64,000 nucleotides of DNA from Brevinema andersonii (GTDB taxonomy: Bacteria > Spirochaetota > DYKD01): NCBI GenBank assembly GCA_020722765.1, contig DYKD01000009.1:1718-65717 (forward strand). The letters run 5' to 3'. The translations under genes and the position numbers were made by a program. Of this stretch, positions 15,725 through 23,031 are shown one piece after another. The notes below the pieces were generated by a model that did not search any database, was not told the origin of the DNA, and saw only the letters and a list, made by a program, of their open reading frames with translations. Every line of letters starts with the position of its first letter. The stretch's first letter is position 1.

Positions 15725-16357
15725 ATGAGAGAACCAGTGATGCGTATCAATAAGCGCTGTATCATATGCAACACTGATATGGGGCTAGTCCTCCCAAAGA
15801 AGAAAGTCTGCAGCGAAAGTTGTGCGAACAAACTATACTATAGAACCAGGATGATTAACGGTAAACAACATGCATACCGTAAGAAGACAGCGGAAGCTTT
15901 CCGGCAATACTATAAGGAATATATGGAGAAGCTCCGCAAAACCGGCAAAGACAAACAATACCGGGAAAAAGGCAAGCATATGCTGCGTCTGAAAAGATGG
16001 TTAAACCGTGCTTTGCATTCCCTAAGACTGGAAGAACCCAGAAGGTGCCCCATCTGCAACAGGCAGATCCTCTCCAGGATATCAGCAGAATCTGCAACAG
16101 GATCAAGAGGGAAATATTGTTCCGCCAAATGCAGGAGCCGCGCCAACTACCTGGAACTCAAGACAAACAGACCGGAGATACTACGTAAATACCGGCGTAC
16201 AAATGTAATTAATAACCATGAATATTTAAAGGCATATTGGCGGAAATATTCCAAACGCAAATATGAACGGTTAAAGGAGGTAAAAAATCATGACATATCA
16301 GGAAGCGAGGCAGCTAGCATCAGAAATACTGGAGCAGAAGGTGGATGCCAGATATGA
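15725..16357 (+). CDS. basic protein with two CxxC...CSxxC zinc ribbons
   Basis: GAGGG SD precedes the ATG at 15725. Contains CIICNTD...KKKVCSESCANKLYY and CPICNRQ...GKYCSAKCRSRANY. Confidence 0.6.
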   Translation: MREPVMRINKRCIICNTDMGLVLPKKKVCSESCANKLYYRTRMINGKQHAYRKKTAEAFRQYYKEYMEKLRKTGKDKQYREKGKHMLRLKRWLNRALHSLRLEEPRRCPICNRQILSRISAESATGSRGKYCSAKCRSRANYLELKTNRPEILRKYRRTNVINNHEYLKAYWRKYSKRKYERLKEVKNHDISGSEAASIRNTGAEGGCQI

Positions 16358-16487
16358 GGACCTGGCGCATTCCACCATCAGGATACCGGTCTCAGAAGGC
16401 TCGAAGAACCGGCCAAAATCCGGCTATTACGAGTTCAGAATAGATAACAATCTGCAGCTGGATTATCCGAACAGAATGTGGCATTAG
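16290..16487 (+). CDS. hypothetical protein
   Basis: AAAGGAGG SD. 65 aa. Confidence 0.5.
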   Translation: MTYQEARQLASEILEQKVDARYEDLAHSTIRIPVSEGSKNRPKSGYYEFRIDNNLQLDYPNRMWH

Positions 16488-16497
16488 GGAGCATAAC

Positions 16498-17007
16498 ATG
16501 GGTACCAATTATTACTGGATCGAACACAAGCATTCACCATTCCATGCGCTGATACTGGCAAGCAGGCGGAATATTACGGAAGATAGTCCTTTCATGCATA
16601 TAGGTAAACGCTCCGCAGCTGGCTTGTACTGCTGGTCATGCAAGACCACCCTATGCTCGCACGGAACGGCTCATGTGCATGACTCTGACAGCCAATGGGA
16701 GAAAAGTTGCCCATTCTGCCATGCGATACAGATACCTGAATCACTTGATGAGAGTGCCATGGGAAAGGAGTTAGGATTCAATAGGAAACCCAACAGGCGC
16801 AGGACCGGCGTATCATCCTGTTGCTCGTTCACAATCACCAGCCAGAAGCATTATGATGCCATATACAGGTACGCGCAAAGCAGGCGGTTCAGGAAGAAAC
16901 TGGTAATAAGGGACGAATATGGTGGCCAGTTTACAGCCAGGGAATTCCTGGATGGGATATTCGATGATTGCCCTATCCATCTCCAGACACCCGGAGAATT
17001 CAGCTAG
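16498..17007 (+). CDS. Cys/His-rich hypothetical protein
   Basis: 169-aa ORF with CWSCKTTLCSH...CPFCH clusters. Confidence 0.6.
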   Translation: MGTNYYWIEHKHSPFHALILASRRNITEDSPFMHIGKRSAAGLYCWSCKTTLCSHGTAHVHDSDSQWEKSCPFCHAIQIPESLDESAMGKELGFNRKPNRRRTGVSSCCSFTITSQKHYDAIYRYAQSRRFRKKLVIRDEYGGQFTAREFLDGIFDDCPIHLQTPGEFS

Positions 17008-17015
17008 GAGAAGAC

Positions 17016-17120
17016 ATGCTCGGAATAATACTGTTGTCGTTGATAACCATAACCATCATGCTTGTAATGTACATATTTGCGATTGTGGCATATCTGGTAT
17101 TCACGAAAACTGTACCATGA
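17016..17120 (+). CDS. 34-aa single-TM peptide
   Basis: AGGAG SD. Translation is MLGIILLSLITITIMLVMYIFAIVAYLVFTKTVP. Confidence 0.45.
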   Translation: MLGIILLSLITITIMLVMYIFAIVAYLVFTKTVP

Positions 17121-17130
17121 AAGATTCATA

Positions 17131-17293
17131 GGATACTCCGGTCACCTGTACCCGTAAGGATCAGGTATGATGTTAATATGGTAGCCTCAAAAGATGACGT
17201 TATAGGACATAAGGACACGAACAGCGGTGAGCAACATCGGCGATTCCGCGAATCCCCAGTCGGCCAATCATCTACCAGCAGACCGGAGTATCC
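17131..17293. repeat. 163-bp element bounded by a perfect 13-bp inverted repeat
   Basis: GGATACTCCGGTC (17131-17143) and GACCGGAGTATCC (17281-17293). Internal pairs are ACCTG/CAGGT and TGGTAG/CTACCA. Confidence 0.5.
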
Positions 17294-17490
17294 ATCTGTC
17301 ATAAGGAGATATCATGCGCCATTCAGCCAATATGAAAGAAAAGCAGCGGAAGCTGGTACAATTATGGTGTTCGTGGGCTTAAGTACCTTAACCGTATCCA
17401 TAATGTTATCAGTGTATAATGGAGCACCAAAACAGTCCCATATCGGAATATCATTCGGAATATCATATGGAAAAAACAAAGGAGAAAAAC

Positions 17491-17760
17491 ATGAATGACA
17501 AAGACATTTTCTGGGCGAAAGCCCAGATCGAAAGTGGGCAAATATGCCCCTGGCAAAATGACGAACTGCTCATCCAAAATGGATGGGTAGAGGTTGACCA
17601 CAGAGATGACATTACTAACATAAGAAATTCATACGGTGCCCTAACTGTAGGGCACGTGTGTGACTACAAAAAAAATGGCGAGACCATCTCCATGTATATA
17701 CATGGAAATGACCATTATTATAATTATTTCGGCCAGAACACATTTGATAAAATAGATTAA
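17491..17760 (+). CDS. hypothetical protein
   Basis: AAAGGAG SD precedes the ATG at 17491 (internal Met of track ORF 17419..17760). Confidence 0.55.
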   Translation: MNDKDIFWAKAQIESGQICPWQNDELLIQNGWVEVDHRDDITNIRNSYGALTVGHVCDYKKNGETISMYIHGNDHYYNYFGQNTFDKID

Positions 17761-17821
17761 ATCCATTTCGATGGAAGGGACAGAAATTCATCCATCTAAT
17801 GAAAAATAAAGGAGCAAGAAC

Positions 17822-18142
17822 ATGACAATAACAATTATCAACATGACACCCCACGATGTTGTGATAGTAAACAAGGACGGACACGTGCTGAGGACATATC
17901 CTTCAGCTGGGCAGATAAGGCTCAGCTCCAAAACGGTCATTGTCGCTGATATTGATGGCATTCCTTTATCAAGGACTGAATACGGAAGTACCGAACTCCC
18001 TGAATATAGAGATGGGACATATTACATTGTCTCCCAGCTCGTGAAAAGCGCATATCCTGACAGAAAGGATTTGCTGATCCCTGCCGAACTGGTAAGGGAC
18101 GAGAAGGGAGTGATAATAGGGGCTATGAGTTTGGGGATATAA
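17822..18142 (+). CDS. hypothetical protein
   Basis: AAAGGAG SD. 106 aa. Confidence 0.6.
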   Translation: MTITIINMTPHDVVIVNKDGHVLRTYPSAGQIRLSSKTVIVADIDGIPLSRTEYGSTELPEYRDGTYYIVSQLVKSAYPDRKDLLIPAELVRDEKGVIIGAMSLGI

Positions 18143-18181
18143 GAACATCATGCGGAAAACATGAATATGAAGGAGCCAGAC

Positions 18182-18574
18182 ATGAAAATTATACTTAACA
18201 AGAGCCATCTAGGCCTTTTTCTTAACGCCGTCACCCTGAAAAAACTGGCTATGGAGAATGGTCATGGTGTTAGAGCCATGACCATCAAACAATTCCATTT
18301 TACAGACGAGCATGTACTACATGCCATTGGTGACGGTTTTATGACAAATGAAATTGAATCTTATGTTAAAAAGGGAGATATAATTTATTTCCCTGAATAT
18401 GGGAATGAGCTGAGGACTTCTCCTGAGCTTATAAAAATGGTCGAGAACGACGAACAGATCGGCAGTCCGGAAACGGTCTACAAGGTGGTGGAAATACCGG
18501 ATGACGTGGACTGGTATATAGATGACCGTAACGGCCAGGAGTTTGTGGCCGAAAAACACAGAACATGGGAGTAA
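18182..18574 (+). CDS. hypothetical protein
   Basis: AAGGAG SD precedes the ATG at 18182. Confidence 0.6.
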   Translation: MKIILNKSHLGLFLNAVTLKKLAMENGHGVRAMTIKQFHFTDEHVLHAIGDGFMTNEIESYVKKGDIIYFPEYGNELRTSPELIKMVENDEQIGSPETVYKVVEIPDDVDWYIDDRNGQEFVAEKHRTWE

Positions 18575-18661
18575 TGCTCTTGCAAGCGGGGCATAGGGAA
18601 ACCTATGTCCGGCTTTTTTGATTGGTTTCAATCACTCGAAAGGGAGTAATGCTCTTGCAAG
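18567..18661. repeat. 20-bp perfect direct repeat flanking a terminator cassette
   Basis: GGGAGTAATGCTCTTGCAAG occurs at 18567-18586 (spanning the CDS stop) and again at 18642-18661. Confidence 0.85.
18587..18620 (+). terminator. intrinsic terminator (copy of the 7171 terminator)
   Basis: CGGGGCATAGG-GAAA-CCTATGTCCGG followed by CTTTTTT. The 23-bp GGGGCATAGGGAAACCTATGTCC is identical to 7173-7195. Confidence 0.8.
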
Positions 18662-18809
18662 TAAAAAATACAAGGAGTTATATATGCAGAATGGCATTCA
18701 AACTTGGTGCAAACCATTATAGAGAACAATTACACAAATTGCTTTAGGGTTTCGATGGAACTACGAGTCATAATTATGAATGGCCATTGAGGAATAGGAG
18801 GAATTAGGC

Positions 18810-19214
18810 ATGGAAATATGGTTTTGTCCTATTGGATTCTTACTCGGTCTTATTGTTGGCGGAATAGTCGTATGTATCAATGAATTTAGGTATATCAAAT
18901 ACGGACATATTCATAGTCCTAACGATACATTGGTTCATAGTGCAAATCTTGAACGGAAGAATGACTATGAAACCGAAGATGTAGAGACGGCAACAAGACC
19001 GCAATTCACAGGCGCAAACCCGGACAAAGACATTACCAGATGCGAATATTGCGGGAAACCGTTGACATGGGTAGGGCATGGAATAGGCTATGAATGCCTG
19101 AATGAGAAATGTATGGCTGCACAGGATCCAGGTTCCAGATCCAATGCCAGAAGAAACATCAAATCCAAGAAAAGGAGCAAAGATCGTCCAGACAGGTTAA
19201 GAAGCAAATCATAA
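18810..19214 (+). CDS. membrane-anchored zinc-ribbon protein with a basic tail
   Basis: AGGAGG SD. N-terminal TM helix. Contains CEYCGKPL...YECLNEKC. Confidence 0.6.
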   Translation: MEIWFCPIGFLLGLIVGGIVVCINEFRYIKYGHIHSPNDTLVHSANLERKNDYETEDVETATRPQFTGANPDKDITRCEYCGKPLTWVGHGIGYECLNEKCMAAQDPGSRSNARRNIKSKKRSKDRPDRLRSKS

Positions 19215-19353
19215 CTGGGGTGATAGTCCTGTATCCCGGGGATTAACAGATAAGCTTGAAGAAGTTATGACTGTAGGACACAATTCATGGTTTCTCCTGG
19301 ACACATTCTACCGATAGAACAAGGATGAGTTGAAATAAAGAATGGAGGTACAA

Positions 19354-19563
19354 ATGATCAACATGACAAAATATCCCAATAGCGGTGGTTCTTTTTTGGG
19401 AGACCATGGAAAGCGCGCCAGTGATAAAAGGAAGATCAGGAAACTGAGACGCGAACTCGGCACCATGACAAGACTGTTTTATGCTTGCGCTTTGGGAGAT
19501 AAAATACCGGATGTCCTTGTGGGAAAATACAACAGGTTGATGGGAGATGAAGGAAATGGGTGA
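19354..19563 (+). CDS. hypothetical basic protein
   Basis: GGAGG SD precedes the ATG at 19354 (internal Met of track ORF 19342..19563). Confidence 0.4.
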   Translation: MINMTKYPNSGGSFLGDHGKRASDKRKIRKLRRELGTMTRLFYACALGDKIPDVLVGKYNRLMGDEGNG

Positions 19564-20194
19564 TTTCGTGATATCAGACACACATTTCGGTCATGGAGGG
19601 CATGATGGAACGGAAGGAATCCTGAAATATACGGACAGAGGATTTGCAACCATCAAGGAACACGATGACTACATAATCGAGATGTGGAACAAGACGGTAT
19701 CTCACAAGGATCGTACCATCATCGTTGGTGATTTCGCATGGAAGAACCATGCATACTATCTTGACCGGTTAAACGGAAAGAAGGTACTGGTAATCGGCAG
19801 CCATGACAAGATGTCACAAATGGACAGACAGCTGTTCTCCGAGATACACGAACTATATTCCTCGAAGATCCTGGAACATTTCTTCGTATTCAGCCATTGT
19901 GCCATGCGTACATGGGAGCGCAAACACTATGGTTCAATCAACATACATGGTCATAGCCATGGCCGTTTACCGCCTATACCGGAAATACGCCAGATGGATG
20001 TCAGCGTTGATGTGCTGCCAAACATGGCGCCACTGCCGATAGAATACATCATTTGGCGTATGGACAAGATAGATTACAGGAATGAGCCGGATCATCTTGC
20101 ACACAATGACAGATATGTCAGACTCCAGCGAGACTTCAACCTAAATGATTTCAACCAATATATTGGACAGTTACCGGAAAGAGGAGACAAATGA
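19547..20194 (+). CDS. calcineurin-like metallophosphoesterase
   Basis: Contains ISDTHFGH, GDFAW, GSHD and HGHSHG motifs. Confidence 0.75.
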   Translation: MKEMGDFVISDTHFGHGGHDGTEGILKYTDRGFATIKEHDDYIIEMWNKTVSHKDRTIIVGDFAWKNHAYYLDRLNGKKVLVIGSHDKMSQMDRQLFSEIHELYSSKILEHFFVFSHCAMRTWERKHYGSINIHGHSHGRLPPIPEIRQMDVSVDVLPNMAPLPIEYIIWRMDKIDYRNEPDHLAHNDRYVRLQRDFNLNDFNQYIGQLPERGDK

Positions 20195-20195
20195 C

Positions 20196-20360
20196 ATGTT
20201 TCGATTCAATGGTGGAACAGGCGCTATCACCTGTGACAAATGCAATGTGATCTTCAAGGAACCATGTAGCAAGGCTTTCTATCTGAGGTATATGCGATTC
20301 AGAAGGTTTTTTGGTGTAAAACAGGATCTATGCAAGAAACATAAGAAGGAATTCAAATGA
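20196..20360 (+). CDS. small Cys-containing basic protein (54 aa)
   Basis: GAGGAG SD precedes the ATG at 20196. Confidence 0.45.
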   Translation: MFRFNGGTGAITCDKCNVIFKEPCSKAFYLRYMRFRRFFGVKQDLCKKHKKEFK

Positions 20361-20408
20361 TAATGGCTATGGATCCTGATGGACTGACCATAGGCAAGGA
20401 GATAACAG

Positions 20409-21539
20409 ATGGGATATTTCAACAGTGTCGATGATGATGAGAAAGAGGCGTTTTACGGATCTACACGCGAAGACCAGATCCAAATAATCAAGGAGCATCT
20501 GCCTATAAGAACTCTCATGATGGCATTGGACAAGGCCACAGATTGGCCGGAACTTATCACATTGGTCGATGACATCGAGATTAGGATACCGCGCAGTTCC
20601 AAATATGCCAGATTTTTAACCCTATATTCACACAGAAGCAATAGTAGCTATGAATATGTCCATTTACACGAATTCATGCACCTGTTCCACATGCCCAGAT
20701 TCTATGTCCGTAACAACCATGTAAGCAATACCAGACTGTTCACAAAAGGGTATATAAATGCAAAGTTCAAGGCATTGACGCTTGATGGCAGCAGTGCATG
20801 GATAGATAACATAAGCGCGGCCTATCGAATAGCTGCGCTGATGAGCGGTTATTTGCCGGTTGAACTATGTCCGAACAAATATATCACGAACGAGGAAAAG
20901 ACTGCAAGGTTCCTCATGCATAAGCTGGATAAGAAGATTATACCATATATCGTACCAGGTTCCAACAGTTATTATGGCAACCGTGCAATCGGACTGGACA
21001 ATACGAACATGATGAATATCCTGTTGTTATCATTGAATGATATGCCACTGGAACAGGATATGATTGGAACAATGGACTATGATGTGGCATCCGCCATCGC
21101 TGGGCTAATAAATCCCAAATATGCTAGACAGACAGAAATGAATAGGCTGATGGTCGCATGGTATCAGAATGACATACATGCCATATATCCAATGATCTCA
21201 TCTGAAAACCCTATATTGGCACTATGTGCATTACTGCTCAATCCGGGCAAGAAACAGTATCATGTCATGCACCCCACATTCATCCTTGCACAGGCGATAC
21301 TAGGTTATGAGCCGCAGGTCATACCTGATACAATCTGGAAGGAGAGCGGCGAGATAGCCAACATATTGATACAGGTATATTTCAGGAAGATAAGGATAAA
21401 TCCTCCAGGTGGCTTATGTGAACATGAGCAGCTTATCTATGACAGGTTTACGGAACTGCAGACTGAACCAGGTATCAAATATACGTTCGACGATGCCCTT
21501 CCACCAATGACAAAGGAGCAGGATGATGATTGTTATTAA
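20409..21539 (+). CDS. hypothetical protein (376 aa)
   Basis: Long ORF with no motif I recognise. Possibly a distant paralog of 27382..28494. Confidence 0.65.
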   Translation: MGYFNSVDDDEKEAFYGSTREDQIQIIKEHLPIRTLMMALDKATDWPELITLVDDIEIRIPRSSKYARFLTLYSHRSNSSYEYVHLHEFMHLFHMPRFYVRNNHVSNTRLFTKGYINAKFKALTLDGSSAWIDNISAAYRIAALMSGYLPVELCPNKYITNEEKTARFLMHKLDKKIIPYIVPGSNSYYGNRAIGLDNTNMMNILLLSLNDMPLEQDMIGTMDYDVASAIAGLINPKYARQTEMNRLMVAWYQNDIHAIYPMISSENPILALCALLLNPGKKQYHVMHPTFILAQAILGYEPQVIPDTIWKESGEIANILIQVYFRKIRINPPGGLCEHEQLIYDRFTELQTEPGIKYTFDDALPPMTKEQDDDCY

Positions 21540-21948
21540 TGATCCGCCATTCATGGCAAGGCTTGTCGGGCGCAAAGACATAGATAATGGCAATGTCAGG
21601 ATAGATCCAAGGAGCCTTATTTCACCAGGCCTGCCAAAGCTCATAGCGAAATCGGAATTATTCGCGTGGATAGACAAGATCGTACCATATGACCATAATA
21701 ATGATTCATACATTTGCCGGGTATCCATGCTTGGCGTAATTCCTGGTAGCATCATGTATAATGAGGCCAAGCATGTAATGGCTTTCCAATATATTGCCAG
21801 TAATAGTGTAGATATAAAATGGGCGCATCAAAGCTGGCTATTGCCATGCAGACCTATGCGGATAGTGTTGAATGACCAGATCATAGACATCGGAACCGAA
21901 ATCATAAGGAGACAAGATGAGAGAGTCGCAGTTTCACTCAGAGATTAA
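21523..21948 (+). CDS. hypothetical protein
   Basis: 141-aa ORF overlapping its neighbours. Confidence 0.55.
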   Translation: MMIVINDPPFMARLVGRKDIDNGNVRIDPRSLISPGLPKLIAKSELFAWIDKIVPYDHNNDSYICRVSMLGVIPGSIMYNEAKHVMAFQYIASNSVDIKWAHQSWLLPCRPMRIVLNDQIIDIGTEIIRRQDERVAVSLRD

Positions 21949-22420
21949 GGAATCATTCCTGCACTATTATCCTACAGGTTTATATCTCAAGATCCCTGAT
22001 ATGCCAAGGGGACCAACAAGCAGGTTCATTCCGATGAAGCCATTCGATATCATACTGTTCATCAGGGATAAGGCGATAATGATAGAAGCCAAACTGCTCA
22101 AGAACGGGAAAACATCTGTCAACCTCGGCGATAGGCCAGGCCAGAACATGCTCCGGCAACTGAGGGAACTATCCTATCTGTCCTCGCTTAACCACGAATC
22201 ATATCTGGCAGTGGAAGTTGTAGGCAAATTCCGCGGTATGGCCGAGAAAATAAAGAAGTGCTATTTTTTTACTCCGGACAGTCTGATTGAACTGCTGGCA
22301 ACCCAGAAATTCGATGTTCCAATGGTAATGAGGAACGGTATCGAGATACCGAGAAAAGGTGCCTATTGGGACCTTAGCGTAATATTAGGCAAAAGCCAAC
22401 AAGGAGAAAATAATGATTAA
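21917..22420 (+). CDS. PD-(D/E)xK-type nuclease (possible junction resolvase)
   Basis: The pattern E...KIPD...PFDIILF...IMIEAK fits a D...ExK nuclease core. Confidence 0.5.
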   Translation: MRESQFHSEIKESFLHYYPTGLYLKIPDMPRGPTSRFIPMKPFDIILFIRDKAIMIEAKLLKNGKTSVNLGDRPGQNMLRQLRELSYLSSLNHESYLAVEVVGKFRGMAEKIKKCYFFTPDSLIELLATQKFDVPMVMRNGIEIPRKGAYWDLSVILGKSQQGENND

Positions 22421-23012
22421 CAGCCTGTTTGTACCCCAGATTCTGGAGAGGAAAGATGATCGGACAATGAGCTATGACCTGTTCTCAAGGATGTTCGAAC
22501 AGCGTATCATATTCCTGCACGGCGAAATCGAACCGTATATGGTACAGGTTGCGATCGCTGAACTGCTTTATCTTGGCGCCAAAAGCGATGATCCTATCAA
22601 GATGTACATAAACAGTCCGGGCGGATCCGTGATTGACGGTCTTGCAGTCATTGATACCATGAATGCGATCAAGGCCCCAGTATATACCTTCTGTACCGGA
22701 ATGAGTGCTTCTATGGGCGCAGTAATTCTAGCTAGCGGTGAGAAAGGACACAGATATGCTCTCTCCAGTTCAGAGATCATGATTCATGAAATCGCCAGTT
22801 CCATACATGGGAAATTCAAGGACATGAAAGTCAACTTCGAGCATTCCACCAGGCTTCAGGACAAGCTATACAGGATACTGGAAAGCACTACCGGACAGAA
22901 ATATGAAGTGATCGACCGTGAATGCAAAATCGACAAATGGTTTACTTCCCATGAGGCAAAAGACTTTGGTCTCATTGATACCATCCTTGAAAAGAACCAA
23001 GGCACAGTATAA
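22413..23012 (+). CDS. clpP: ATP-dependent Clp protease proteolytic subunit ClpP
   Basis: Contains INSPGGSV, GMSASMG (catalytic Ser), MIHE (His) and an Asp region DRECKIDKWF. AAGGAG SD. Confidence 0.9.
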   Translation: MINSLFVPQILERKDDRTMSYDLFSRMFEQRIIFLHGEIEPYMVQVAIAELLYLGAKSDDPIKMYINSPGGSVIDGLAVIDTMNAIKAPVYTFCTGMSASMGAVILASGEKGHRYALSSSEIMIHEIASSIHGKFKDMKVNFEHSTRLQDKLYRILESTTGQKYEVIDRECKIDKWFTSHEAKDFGLIDTILEKNQGTV

Positions 23013-23031
23013 GCGATAATAAGGAGACAAG

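Noticed and set aside
17178-17498. 106-aa + strand ORF in the 17121-17490 gap
   Set aside because: It has no SD, a polar low-complexity N-terminal half, spans the inverted-repeat element, and runs into the SD-led start at 17491.
4781-18780. Shared CGATGGAA motif in three intergenic regions (about 4806, 17768 and 18754) as a phage promoter candidate
   Set aside because: There are only three copies, the distance to downstream -10-like elements is inconsistent (about 10-20 nt), and similar strings occur inside coding sequence.
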